DNA of 64,000 bases. It comes from Robinsoniella sp. Its GTDB lineage: Bacteria > Bacillota > Clostridia > Lachnospirales > Lachnospiraceae. This document shows, one piece after another, positions 39,940 through 49,793 of the stretch. Position 1 is the first letter of the stretch. The number at the start of each line of letters is the position of its first letter. The translations under genes were made by a program, and so were the position numbers. The stretch covers positions 27,278 to 91,277 of the forward strand of contig JALEVQ010000081.1 of NCBI GenBank assembly GCA_022788205.1, written 5' to 3'. Under the pieces are notes generated by a model. The model was not told where the DNA came from. It searched no databases and was given only the letters and a program-made list of their open reading frames with translations.

Positions 39940-40839
39940 ATGAATCTTTTACATTTTCTCGCACAATACCGAACACCGGCGGGCGAAGCGATCTTCCAGC
40001 TTTTCACATATTTTGGTCAGGATCTCTTTATCATCCTCATCCTATGTGCGATTTACTGGTGTCTCAACAAAAAACTTGCCTATCAGATCGGTCTTTCTTT
40101 TTTTGTCTCCGGTCTGCTGATGCAGATTTTGAAGATCACATTCCGCATCCCACGCCCATGGATTCTCGACCCCTCGTTTGAAGCTGTCGCTTCCGCAATC
40201 CCCGCTGCGACCGGCTATTCTTTTCCAAGCGGTCACACACAGGCTGCCACCGCACTTTTTGGCGTCTTAGCCCTTTCTTTCAAAAAGCCATGGCAGCGCG
40301 CTGCCTGCATTTTTGCCTTCGTGGTGGTTGGCTTCTCCAGACTGTATCTCGGTGTTCACACCCCAAAAGATGTACTGGTATCCATGGCGATAACTTTTTT
40401 CGTTGTACTCGCCGTATCCCGCCTCAATGCCTATATGGAACACCATTTTGTCTCCCCTGTGCTGATCAGTGTTGTCCTTGCAATTTGCTCCATTGTCACG
40501 GCAGTCTATGCTTCCAGCCTTCTTTCGCAAAATGTGATTGAAGCAAAATATGCCTCGGACTGCCTGAAATCTGCGGGTGCAGGACTCGCCTTCGCACTTG
40601 CCTGGTACCTGGAGCACACGCACTTAAATTTTGGCACTCATGTGCCACTCAAAAGACAGATTGGAAAATTTGTCACTGGAATCCTTGTCACCGCTCTGCT
40701 GGAGTTTGGTCTGAAATATCTCATCGGAGACGGTCTGTTCCTCAGTTGTCTGCGCTATTTTATTCTGGTACTGTGGGCACTTGTTATTTTCCCGCTCCTC
40801 GACAAAAAATATTCCTGGGGATTCTTTGTCTTTGAATAA
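39940..40839 (+). CDS. PAP2-family (type 2 phosphatidic acid/undecaprenyl-PP) phosphatase
   Basis: Contains the KITFRIPRP, PSGHT and SRLYLGVHTPKD motifs and an AATGGAGG RBS. Confidence 0.75.
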   Translation: MNLLHFLAQYRTPAGEAIFQLFTYFGQDLFIILILCAIYWCLNKKLAYQIGLSFFVSGLLMQILKITFRIPRPWILDPSFEAVASAIPAATGYSFPSGHTQAATALFGVLALSFKKPWQRAACIFAFVVVGFSRLYLGVHTPKDVLVSMAITFFVVLAVSRLNAYMEHHFVSPVLISVVLAICSIVTAVYASSLLSQNVIEAKYASDCLKSAGAGLAFALAWYLEHTHLNFGTHVPLKRQIGKFVTGILVTALLEFGLKYLIGDGLFLSCLRYFILVLWALVIFPLLDKKYSWGFFVFE

Positions 40840-40891
40840 TCCCTTGATTTTCTTCATACAATATAGAAAATCATAATAAGGGGGCACGCAG

Positions 40892-41338
40892 ATGAGTGCA
40901 AAAACAAAAATCCTGGTTTTTCGGATGCGTGAGATTATTTACACAGCAATCTTTGCGGTTCTGGGAATTATTCTGCTTGTTCTGCTGTTCTTAATGTTTC
41001 TCCCAGCCGCAAAACAATCTTCCAGTCAGGAAGATGCATCCGTACCAAAATATATCGCCGGTGTCTACACCTCCCCGGTCAGTCTAAACGGCAGTACGAT
41101 TGATGTGGAGGTAGTAGTTGATGAGACACATATCAACTCCATTCGCCTTGTCAACCTCAGCGACACGGTCGCCACCATGTATCCGCTTGTCAGCCCCACA
41201 CTCGACACGATCGCGTCACAGGTCTGCCAGAATCAATCTCTGGAAAACATTACTTATCCGTCGGAGAGCAAGTATACCTCCGAAATGCTGATTGACGCGA
41301 TCTCCAAAGCACTCACTTTAGCGGAGGGCGATATCTGA
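40892..41338 (+). CDS. hypothetical membrane-anchored protein
   Basis: 148 aa with an N-terminal TM segment and an AAGGGGG RBS. Confidence 0.4.
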   Translation: MSAKTKILVFRMREIIYTAIFAVLGIILLVLLFLMFLPAAKQSSSQEDASVPKYIAGVYTSPVSLNGSTIDVEVVVDETHINSIRLVNLSDTVATMYPLVSPTLDTIASQVCQNQSLENITYPSESKYTSEMLIDAISKALTLAEGDI

Positions 41339-41373
41339 CCTTTCAAACTATCTTTTAATCTGCCGGAAAATCA

Positions 41374-41455
41374 AGGGGCTGCCGGAAAAAGAAGATGGAT
41401 GAAACGTATGGTTACATCTGTTCTTTTTGGGGCAGCCCCTATCTGTTTTATTTTG
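41374..41455. terminator. long bidirectional hairpin terminator (AAGGGGCTGCCGGAAAAAGAA ... TTCTTTTTGGGGCAGCCCCT plus T-run)
   Basis: A nested inverted repeat lies between convergent genes, the 148-aa ORF (+) and nadE (-). Confidence 0.55.
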
Positions 41456-41495
41456 GAATCTTTTTCTTTCACATTAAAAAACAATTTCTGTCAAA

Positions 41496-43481
41496 TCATC
41501 CGTTGTTGACTTCCAGCTCTGCCAGCTGATCCAGCCAGACTTTCGCACAGGCATCACTCGGCATTCTCAGATCCCCTCTCGGTGAGACGGCGACAGATCC
41601 CACTTTTGGTCCGTCTGGCAGACAGGAGCGCTTAAACTGCTGTGCGAAGAAGCGTCTGTAAAACGTTCTGAGCCATTTCAGAATAGTCTCCTCGTCGTAA
41701 AGATCTTCAAATGCTTTTTTCGCAACGCGGTAAATCTTTGCCGGATCATATCCAAAGCGCAGCACATAATACAGGAAGAAATCATGGAGTTCGTACGGTC
41801 CCACCAGATCTTCTGTCTTCTGTGCAATCTCTCCGTCCTTCGGCGGAAGCAGCTCAGGGCTTACCGGAGTATCCAACACATCGAGCAAGATCTCGGAAAG
41901 TTTTTGATCCTCACATGTATCGGCATAATAGCGCACCAGATGGCGCACAAGTGTCTTCGGCACCGACGCATTGACACCGTACATCGACATGTGATCCCCA
42001 TTGTACGTCGCCCATCCGAGTGCCAGCTCTGACATATCTCCTGTCCCTATGACCATACCTCCGTTTTGGTTGGCAAGATCCATCAATACCTGTGTCCGCT
42101 CACGCGCCTGACTGTTCTCAAATGTGACATCGTGCTTTTCAAAATCTTGTCCGATATCGCTGAAATGCTGGTGTACCGCATTCTTGATATCGACCTCTTT
42201 TAATGTCGCTCCCAGTCTTCTCGCCATCTCACACGCATTGGTATAGGTGCGGTCTGTCGTTCCAAAACACGGCATCGTCACTGCGAGAATATTGGCGCGA
42301 TCCATATCAAGCAGATCAAATGCTTTTGCCGTGACAAGCAGAGCAAGCGTGGAGTCAAGCCCTCCTGAGATCCCGACCACCGCATTTTTTGCGTGTGTGT
42401 GCTCCAGTCTCTTCTTTAAGCCCAGTGCCTGGATTGTCAAAATCTCCTCACAGCGCTGCGTGCGCATCGCCTCATCGTGCGGCACAAAAGGAGCCGGATC
42501 AAAATAGCGTTCCAGTTTCACTTCTTCCATCTCAAGCGAAAATGCGATTTTCTCGTATCCGCTATTATCTGTATGGAACGTCGTGATTCTTCTTCTCTCG
42601 CTGCGCAGACGGTTCAGATCCAGGAGCGCATACACCTCATGTTCCTCATGACTTTTTGCTTTCTCCAAAATCACTCCGTTCTCAGCGACCACATTCTGAC
42701 CCGCAAACACGAGATCTGTCGTCGATTCTCCTTCCCCTGCGTTTGCATACACATAGGCACACAGAAGCCGCGCCGACTGTCCTGCAATCAACGCTTCGCG
42801 GTACCGATTTTTTCCTGTGCACTCATCGCTCGCTGAAAGGTTCACAACAACGGTCGCGCCGGCGAGGGCATGTCCGATGCTCGGCGGGTTTGCCACCCAC
42901 AAATCCTCACAGATCTCTGCAGCGACTTTCAGTCCTTCCATCTCGCGGCAGCAAAAAATCTGTTTTGTGCCAAACGGGACTGGTTTTCCCTCATATTCTG
43001 TCCATTCCACCGTCTCATTTCCCGGTTCAAAGTTTCTCGCCTCATAAAACTCTGCATAGTTCGGCAGATTTTTTTTCGGCACAAGTCCCAACAGCTTTCC
43101 ATGGCAGACTGCTGCCGCCACATTGTAAAGCTTGCCGTCCTTCTCCCATGGCAGTCCCACAAAAATCAATGCATCTTTCTCTTTTGAGTGAAAGATAACT
43201 TTGTGCAGCTCATGCTTCGCCTGCTCTAACAGACATTCCTGCCAGAATAGATCTCCACAGGTGTACCCCGTAATGCAAAGCTCTGGAAACACCACAATCT
43301 TCGCGCCATTTTTGACTGCCTCATCTATCATCTTACAGATCTGTTCTGTGTTGTACGCGCAGTCTGCGACACGCCCCTTCGGCGTCATTGCCGCCACCTT
43401 CAAAAACCCATCAAACACAGGCTTTCCCTCCTTTTTCTCCTCACTGATTCCCTGCAAAGATGCCTTGCCTTCCACAGTCAA
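41496..43481 (-). CDS. nadE: glutamine-dependent NAD+ synthetase (N-terminal nitrilase domain + NadE)
   Basis: CN-hydrolase domain followed by the GISGGLDS PP-loop. The start could instead be MTPKGR near 43388, which has a GAAGGTGG RBS. Confidence 0.8.
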   Translation of the reverse strand: MTVEGKASLQGISEEKKEGKPVFDGFLKVAAMTPKGRVADCAYNTEQICKMIDEAVKNGAKIVVFPELCITGYTCGDLFWQECLLEQAKHELHKVIFHSKEKDALIFVGLPWEKDGKLYNVAAAVCHGKLLGLVPKKNLPNYAEFYEARNFEPGNETVEWTEYEGKPVPFGTKQIFCCREMEGLKVAAEICEDLWVANPPSIGHALAGATVVVNLSASDECTGKNRYREALIAGQSARLLCAYVYANAGEGESTTDLVFAGQNVVAENGVILEKAKSHEEHEVYALLDLNRLRSERRRITTFHTDNSGYEKIAFSLEMEEVKLERYFDPAPFVPHDEAMRTQRCEEILTIQALGLKKRLEHTHAKNAVVGISGGLDSTLALLVTAKAFDLLDMDRANILAVTMPCFGTTDRTYTNACEMARRLGATLKEVDIKNAVHQHFSDIGQDFEKHDVTFENSQARERTQVLMDLANQNGGMVIGTGDMSELALGWATYNGDHMSMYGVNASVPKTLVRHLVRYYADTCEDQKLSEILLDVLDTPVSPELLPPKDGEIAQKTEDLVGPYELHDFFLYYVLRFGYDPAKIYRVAKKAFEDLYDEETILKWLRTFYRRFFAQQFKRSCLPDGPKVGSVAVSPRGDLRMPSDACAKVWLDQLAELEVNNG

Positions 43482-43513
43482 CCATCCTGCAGTGAACCGA
43501 TTGCGCTCCTCTT

Positions 43514-44392
43514 TTACTTACTTTTTGCCAAAATTTCTTTTAATTCTTCCACATCAAACTTGTAATTTGTGTTGCAGAAATGGCAATTCACTTCAATCGG
43601 TTTTCCTTCCGCGATCATCTCTCTGATCTCCTTCTTGCCGATACTGATGATCGCTTTTTCTACACGCTTTTTTGAACAATTACAGGAAAACTGTGTCGGG
43701 ATCTTTTCATTGATCTCCAGACCGAACTCTCCTAAGAGGTCTTCCAGAATCATCTCTGGCGTCTTTCCCGCTTTCAAAAGTAAAGTGACTGATGTCATCT
43801 GACTCAATTTCGCCTCCAGCGCATCGATCACTTTTTCATCGGTAAAGGGCATCAGCTGGATGATAAAGCCTCCCGCCTGTTCTACTTCATTTTCCTTTTT
43901 CATCAGCACGCCAAGTCCCACGGACGATGGAACCTGCTCAGAAGTCGCAAAATAATACGTCAGATCCTCCGCAATCTCCCCCGTCTGGAGTGCTGTCTGT
44001 CCCACGTAAGGTTCTTTCATTCCCATATCTTTGATGACGTTTAAAAATCCGTCACCCACTGCTTTTGACACGTCCAATTTTCCCTTTGCATTTGGCGGAA
44101 CCATCACATCAGGGTTATTGACGTATCCTTTGACATTTGCCTTTGCGTCCGCCGTCACGACGATTCCTCCGATCGGACCGTCTCCCTGAATCTGAAGTGT
44201 CAGAAGATCGTCCTCCCCTTTCATCATCGCTCCCATCATGGCTCCGGCTGTCATCAGCCTGCCCAGCGCGGCTGTCGCCACTGGGCTTAAATTGTGAATC
44301 TGTCTCGCATGCTCTGTCAGTTCTCTCGTTGTTGCTGCAAATGCCCGAATCTGGCTATCCGCAGCTGTCGCTCTCACAATATAATCAGACAT
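43514..44392 (-). CDS. hslO: Hsp33 redox-regulated chaperone
   Basis: C-terminal zinc centre CNCSKKR...CHFCNTNY. Confidence 0.8.
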   Translation of the reverse strand: MSDYIVRATAADSQIRAFAATTRELTEHARQIHNLSPVATAALGRLMTAGAMMGAMMKGEDDLLTLQIQGDGPIGGIVVTADAKANVKGYVNNPDVMVPPNAKGKLDVSKAVGDGFLNVIKDMGMKEPYVGQTALQTGEIAEDLTYYFATSEQVPSSVGLGVLMKKENEVEQAGGFIIQLMPFTDEKVIDALEAKLSQMTSVTLLLKAGKTPEMILEDLLGEFGLEINEKIPTQFSCNCSKKRVEKAIISIGKKEIREMIAEGKPIEVNCHFCNTNYKFDVEELKEILAKSK

Positions 44393-44407
44393 TTCTATCT
44401 CCCTTTT

Positions 44408-45160
44408 TTATTTTCCATTTTCTCTTGCAATCACATAGATGCGCTCACTGTCTTTTCTCGGTTTTTCTTTTGTAAAGGCATCGTACGCTGTCACATACTC
44501 CATCCCCGCCTCCTCGATCAGTCTCCTGACTGTCTCAAGGTCATATGCTTTCTGATAATGGGTCTCTTCATATTTCTGGTATCTGCCGTCCTCCTCGCGG
44601 ATAAACAACGTCAGATCATATTCATTTACCTGATCCTCATCGTAATATGTATTTTCCCAGATAAAACTGCTCTCCTCACGATTCTCAGCGATCGTGGAGT
44701 CTCCCAGAAGTTCTTCGTATTTATACACCGTATTCAGATCAAAGATAAAGATCCCCTTCGGATCCAGATAATTATTGACAAGCCGAAACACTGCGAGCAA
44801 ATCTTCTTCTTCCATCAGATAGTTCATGGAATCACAGATACTCACGACTGCTCTCACTGTGCCATACAATTCAAACTCACGCATATCTTGCTGAAGATAG
44901 AGGATATCGTGACCGGAGTCTAATCTCTTTTCCAGCGCAATCTCCAACATTTCCTCAGACTGGTCTATTCCAATCATATCATATCCCGCCTGCGCCAAGA
45001 GCTCTGTCATACTTCCTGTTCCGCATCCCAGTTCCAGCACAAGCCCATCTGTCACACCGTATTCCCTCAAAAGCCCTATCAAGTACGCGCTCCATTCCTC
45101 ATACGGGACATTGTCCATGAAGGTGTCATAGACTCTCGCAAAACTTGTATACGCTTCCAT
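44408..45160 (-). CDS. class I SAM-dependent methyltransferase
   Basis: Contains the LELGCGTG motif I. Confidence 0.6.
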   Translation of the reverse strand: MEAYTSFARVYDTFMDNVPYEEWSAYLIGLLREYGVTDGLVLELGCGTGSMTELLAQAGYDMIGIDQSEEMLEIALEKRLDSGHDILYLQQDMREFELYGTVRAVVSICDSMNYLMEEEDLLAVFRLVNNYLDPKGIFIFDLNTVYKYEELLGDSTIAENREESSFIWENTYYDEDQVNEYDLTLFIREEDGRYQKYEETHYQKAYDLETVRRLIEEAGMEYVTAYDAFTKEKPRKDSERIYVIARENGK

Positions 45161-45163
45161 ACT

Positions 45164-45661
45164 TTACCATACCTTTCCAAGAATTCCGTAAGAAAGTGTC
45201 GTCATAATGCAGGTGGCAAGCAAAATTCCAAGTACAATTGCCGGAAACGCCTTGCGGAAACGGATACCCAGCAGGGACGCAATCAACGCTCCCGTCCATG
45301 CTCCTGTCCCCGGCAGTGGAATTCCCACAAACAACACAAGCCCCCAAAATTCATATTTCTCAATCTGGTCTTTCTTGCCAAGTGCTTTCCTTTCCAATTT
45401 CTCTACCATCGGTCTAAAAATCTTTGTCTGTTTGAGTACATTAAAGATCTTTGTGATCAGCAGCAAGATAAATGGAATTGGAATGAGATTTCCAATCACA
45501 CAGATCACAATCGCCCGTGCCATATCAATATGCATCCAGGATGCTGCCAGCAATCCTCCCCTTAATTCCAGGATCGGAATCATAGAGATGACAAAGGCAA
45601 TCAGCTCCTTAGAAAGCACACCCGACAAGTTTGTGGTAAACCATTGTACTAATGTTTCCAT
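45164..45661 (-). CDS. small multidrug-export-like membrane protein (COG2426 family)
   Basis: 165 aa with 4 TM segments and an IPLPGTGAWTGAL motif. Confidence 0.45.
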   Translation of the reverse strand: METLVQWFTTNLSGVLSKELIAFVISMIPILELRGGLLAASWMHIDMARAIVICVIGNLIPIPFILLLITKIFNVLKQTKIFRPMVEKLERKALGKKDQIEKYEFWGLVLFVGIPLPGTGAWTGALIASLLGIRFRKAFPAIVLGILLATCIMTTLSYGILGKVW

Positions 45662-45673
45662 TATTTCCTCCTT

Positions 45674-46738
45674 TTATTTGAGATATTCTTTTAAAAATTT
45701 AATGAGACAATCCATCTCCTCGTCTGTCCCGATCGAAATGCGCAGATGATTGTCGATGCGTGGATGATTGAAATAGCGCACATAGATGCGGGAACGCTTC
45801 AATGCCTCGAAGATATCGCGTGCCATATATTTTTCATGCGTGACAAACAAAAAGTTTGACATAGAATCCTCAAACGCAAAGCCCAGCTCTCTCAATTCTT
45901 TCTTCACACGCTCTCTCGTCTCGATAATCTTTTTTCTCGTGCCCTGGAAGTATGCTTCATCCTCGATTGCCGCCGGTCCTGCCGCGAGCACCGTCTGATT
46001 CATGGTATAAGAATTGAAAGAATATTTGACATCGTTCAAATATTTGATCAAAGTCTTGTTTCCCATCGCGTAGCCTATGCGCATTCCCGCCATGGACCGT
46101 GATTTCGAGAAAGTCTGCACAATCAGCAGATTGTCATATTTTTCAATCAGAGGAAGCGCTGAGGTTCCCCCGAAATCAATATATGCCTCATCCACAATCA
46201 CAATGACATCCTGATTATGTTTGATGATATCTTCAATTTCATCTAGCTCCATGAGTACACCGGTAGGAGCATTCGGGTTTGGGAAAATCACACCGCCGTT
46301 TTTCTTGTAGTAATCGCTCTTGACAATCCGGAATCTCTCGTCAAGCGGTTGTCTCTCATATGGAATGTGGAATAAATCTGCCCAGACATCATAGAAAGAG
46401 TATGTGATATCCGGAAACAAAATCGGTCTTGAAGAGTTAAAGAAAGTCAAAAATGCCATCGCCAGCACATCATCCGATCCGACTCCCACAAATACCTGGT
46501 CTTTCTCAAGATGATAATACGTAGCCAGACTTTCCACTAAGACATCCGCAGATGGATCCGGATATTTGCGCAGCGTGTCATAGGAAAGAGCAGAAAACTG
46601 CTCCAATGCTTTCTGCACCCCAGGTGCAGGCGGATACGGATTCTCGTTTGTATTTAACTTGATGATATCCTTCTGTTTCGGCTGTTCTCCCGGAACATAC
46701 GGAATCACCTTTCTCACATTTTCCTCCCAAGCTCTCAT
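45674..46738 (-). CDS. hisC: histidinol-phosphate aminotransferase
   Basis: Contains LNTNENPYPP and the TFSKSRSMAGMRIGY PLP-lysine motif. Confidence 0.8.
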   Translation of the reverse strand: MRAWEENVRKVIPYVPGEQPKQKDIIKLNTNENPYPPAPGVQKALEQFSALSYDTLRKYPDPSADVLVESLATYYHLEKDQVFVGVGSDDVLAMAFLTFFNSSRPILFPDITYSFYDVWADLFHIPYERQPLDERFRIVKSDYYKKNGGVIFPNPNAPTGVLMELDEIEDIIKHNQDVIVIVDEAYIDFGGTSALPLIEKYDNLLIVQTFSKSRSMAGMRIGYAMGNKTLIKYLNDVKYSFNSYTMNQTVLAAGPAAIEDEAYFQGTRKKIIETRERVKKELRELGFAFEDSMSNFLFVTHEKYMARDIFEALKRSRIYVRYFNHPRIDNHLRISIGTDEEMDCLIKFLKEYLK

Positions 46739-46891
46739 CGTGTGTGCTCCTCCTTGTTCTTTTTTTATAATCCAAACTCTTTGGCAAGTTGTTCAAAATA
46801 CAGAAGCGATTTTTCAAACGGATTGCAGCTCCGTTTTTTACATACTCTTTGATTCTCTCTCATATCTTTACCTTCTTTCTTGTCGTATCTC

Positions 46892-47806
46892 TCACTCTGG
46901 CTGTTTTTCCTGAACAAGCCCCTTTTCCAGCAAAATCGCAGGGTGATACGAGAGTTTTGCCTGTCTTAAGCCTTCCTCCCCCGTATCCTCCTCACGGTTT
47001 ACATACTGATAATCCATCGCTTCATGCTGCACAAACTGCTGGTTTATCATCGTGTACGCACCCTCTATGTCCGCAAACGCTTTCTCGATATGCACCACCA
47101 TCGTATCTTTTGTCACTGGTTCTCCGATCGAGAACGCGACCACTTTTCCTCCGACGCGCAAGAGTCCGCCTCTCAGATGCAGTTCCCGAAACAAGCGCAG
47201 AGAATTCAGGCTCACGCACATTTCAGCATTTTTTTCTTCGTGATCGTTGCATCCATTCTGGTTTCTCCATTCCAGCGCCATCTGGAAGCAGTCCTCCACA
47301 TTTTGCTCATTCAAAGACTCATATTTCCAGTCAGGATAGAGACGCATAAATTTGTTAATATGGTTTTTCTTTCCATGATATTTCCTGCCGGACAAATTTG
47401 CAAGCTTTTCTGTCTCATAAATATAATCTGCCATGTCACGGTCATATTCAATCTTAAATTTTCCCGGATACAGCTCATCCAAAATTTCAAACTGCTCCGG
47501 TGTCACCAGATGCATCTGAAAAGGAATCCCGTGCTCTTTGCTGTACTCCATCAACAGATCCATGCTCTGTTTGATATTTTCCTTCCTCCCGATCGGAAAC
47601 GAAAATGTCTGCGTTGCTCCCTCTGTCTTCACAACCAACATGTCCCCCACAACTCCGATTCCTGCCGGATACTGCCGTCTCCAAAGATACATATTTGCAA
47701 ATGTAAATTCACAGTTTCTGCTGTTCTGAAGTTCTAAATACCGGTTGACCCATTCCCGGTCTTCCAGTGTCGGTGTATGAAATGTTATGTCTGTCACTTT
47801 TTTCAC
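46892..47806 (-). CDS. DUF2156 protein (MprF C-terminal aminoacyl-phosphatidylglycerol-synthase-like domain, stand-alone)
   Basis: Contains the YHGKKNHINKF motif typical of DUF2156. No N-terminal flippase domain is present. Confidence 0.5.
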   Translation of the reverse strand: MKKVTDITFHTPTLEDREWVNRYLELQNSRNCEFTFANMYLWRRQYPAGIGVVGDMLVVKTEGATQTFSFPIGRKENIKQSMDLLMEYSKEHGIPFQMHLVTPEQFEILDELYPGKFKIEYDRDMADYIYETEKLANLSGRKYHGKKNHINKFMRLYPDWKYESLNEQNVEDCFQMALEWRNQNGCNDHEEKNAEMCVSLNSLRLFRELHLRGGLLRVGGKVVAFSIGEPVTKDTMVVHIEKAFADIEGAYTMINQQFVQHEAMDYQYVNREEDTGEEGLRQAKLSYHPAILLEKGLVQEKQPE

Positions 47807-47808
47807 CT

Positions 47809-49533
47809 CTATCGATTATACAGCATCGCATAGATGCCATTTCTGTTTAAAAGTTCCTCGTGTGTTCCCTGTTCCTCAATTCCATTTTCCGTCAGCACCA
47901 AGATCTTCTCTGCGTTCTTGATCGTGCTCAGGCGATGTGCGATCACAAATGTTGTCCTGTTCTTTGCCAGTTCCTCCAGAGAATCCTGCACAATCTTTTC
48001 ACTCTCATTGTCAAGTGCCGATGTCGCCTCATCAAAAATCAGTATTGGCGGATTTTTCAAAAATACACGCGCGATTGATAATCTCTGTTTCTGTCCGCCC
48101 GACAGCTTCACGCCTCTCTGACCGATATCTGTGTGATATCCATTCGGCAGCTGCATGATGAACTCATGCGCATTGGCACGCTTCGCCGCCTCGATCACTT
48201 CCTCGTCCGTCGCATCTGGTTTTCCATAGCGAATATTCTCCATCACATCTTCCATGAACAGATAGACATCCTGCTGTACAATCCCGATGTGGTCTCTCAA
48301 ATCTTTCAGCTGAATCTCTCTGATATCGGTTCCATCCAGCAAGATCCGCCCCTTTTCCACTTCGTAAAAACGCGGTATCAGGCTGCAAAGTGTGGTCTTG
48401 CCTCCCCCGGAAGCTCCCACAATCGCCACATACTCACCGGCTTTTACTTTCAGGTTGATGTGATTCAGCACTCGCTCTTTGTTCTCCCCATATCCAAAGG
48501 AGACATCGTCAAACACAATCTCGCCCTTCACATCTCCGAGCAGACGGGCTCCCGGCTGATCCTCAATGTCCGGATGGACATCCAGAATCTCTAAGAAGCG
48601 CTCGTACCCACTGTACCCGTTCTGAAACTGCTCCGTAAAATTGATCAGTTTCTTCACTGGCTCTGTAAAATTGTTGATATACAGCAGGAAAGTAACCAGA
48701 TCCGTCACAACCATCTTCCCATTCGCCATCAGAATGGCTCCCACGATCAGAACTCCGATCGTGACCATTGTCGTGAGCGCTCCAAGACCCGAGTGGAACC
48801 ATGCCATGTACCAGTAACTCAACCGCTTTGTCTGGACAAACCGATCATTTCCGGCGCGAAATTTTCTCATCTCTTCTTTTTCATTCGCAAACGACTTGAC
48901 TACCCGTATGCCAGAAAGACTGTCCTCAATCTGACTGTTGATATCCGCTATCTTGGCACGGTTCTCCTTAAAAGCCCGCTTCATCTTCCTGTTAAAATAA
49001 TATGCATAGCCTGCCATGATCGGCACAAACGCATACGCCACCAGCGTCAGTGTGCCATTCACCTGAAACAAGATCACAAACGACCCGACAAATTTGATCA
49101 GGGAAATCACCACATCCTCCGGTCCGTGGTGTAAAAGCTCGCTGATATCAAACAAATCACTCGTCACTCTCGACAGCAGCTGCCCGACCTTCTGGTCATC
49201 ATAAAACGTAAAGGATAATTTCTGATAATGCTCAAAAATCTCATTTCTCATATCATGTTCCATCTTTGCTCCCATGATATGCCCACAGTATGTAATATAA
49301 AAATTACAGAAAAACTCCAGCACGACAAGCCCGACCATCAAAATGCCAAGCCTGACAATCTGCCTGAGTGGTTCACTCCCCTCCAGATACACAACCTCAT
49401 TTGTGATATACCGCACAATCAGCGGAATCACCAGCGTGACTGCCGCTCCGGTCAGGGCAAAAAACATGTCTGTCCAGAACAGCCTGCGATATGGCTTGTA
49501 ATATCCGATTAATTTTTTCCACTTATGTTCCAT
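47809..49533 (-). CDS. ABC exporter, fused permease/ATPase (MsbA-like)
   Basis: 6-TM N-terminal domain, Walker A GASGGGKTT and the LSGGQKQRLSIAR signature. The start is MEHKWKK, with a GGGAGG RBS. Confidence 0.8.
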   Translation of the reverse strand: MEHKWKKLIGYYKPYRRLFWTDMFFALTGAAVTLVIPLIVRYITNEVVYLEGSEPLRQIVRLGILMVGLVVLEFFCNFYITYCGHIMGAKMEHDMRNEIFEHYQKLSFTFYDDQKVGQLLSRVTSDLFDISELLHHGPEDVVISLIKFVGSFVILFQVNGTLTLVAYAFVPIMAGYAYYFNRKMKRAFKENRAKIADINSQIEDSLSGIRVVKSFANEKEEMRKFRAGNDRFVQTKRLSYWYMAWFHSGLGALTTMVTIGVLIVGAILMANGKMVVTDLVTFLLYINNFTEPVKKLINFTEQFQNGYSGYERFLEILDVHPDIEDQPGARLLGDVKGEIVFDDVSFGYGENKERVLNHINLKVKAGEYVAIVGASGGGKTTLCSLIPRFYEVEKGRILLDGTDIREIQLKDLRDHIGIVQQDVYLFMEDVMENIRYGKPDATDEEVIEAAKRANAHEFIMQLPNGYHTDIGQRGVKLSGGQKQRLSIARVFLKNPPILIFDEATSALDNESEKIVQDSLEELAKNRTTFVIAHRLSTIKNAEKILVLTENGIEEQGTHEELLNRNGIYAMLYNR

Positions 49534-49625
49534 CTCACATGAAGCCTCCCAATTGTAAAAAAGGAAAGCTGCTATGACCGAAAACGTATCACAGCACCTC
49601 CCCCAAATCACCTCATTCTTCTCTT

Positions 49626-49768
49626 CTTACCATAAAAGCCCAATCTCAGTGGACGGTAGACGGGTCGCTTGCGCACCTGGCTGCACGGACACTAGAGACG
49701 CTAACCCGTATGAGCAGAAAAGCCACGCGAATGAACGGAGCAATCCAATGGGCTTTTATAATTGGTAG
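49626..49768 (-). repeat. complete copy of the short intergenic repeat family (about 143 bp) with 17-21-bp terminal inverted repeats (CTTACCATAAAAGCCCA / TGGGCTTTTATAATTGGTAG)
   Basis: Lies between the prfA stop and the ABC exporter start. Its internal part is homologous to 28867-28937 and 9186-9230. Confidence 0.55.
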
Positions 49769-49793
49769 TGACGCCGTCAGGCGTCCTGTCCGT

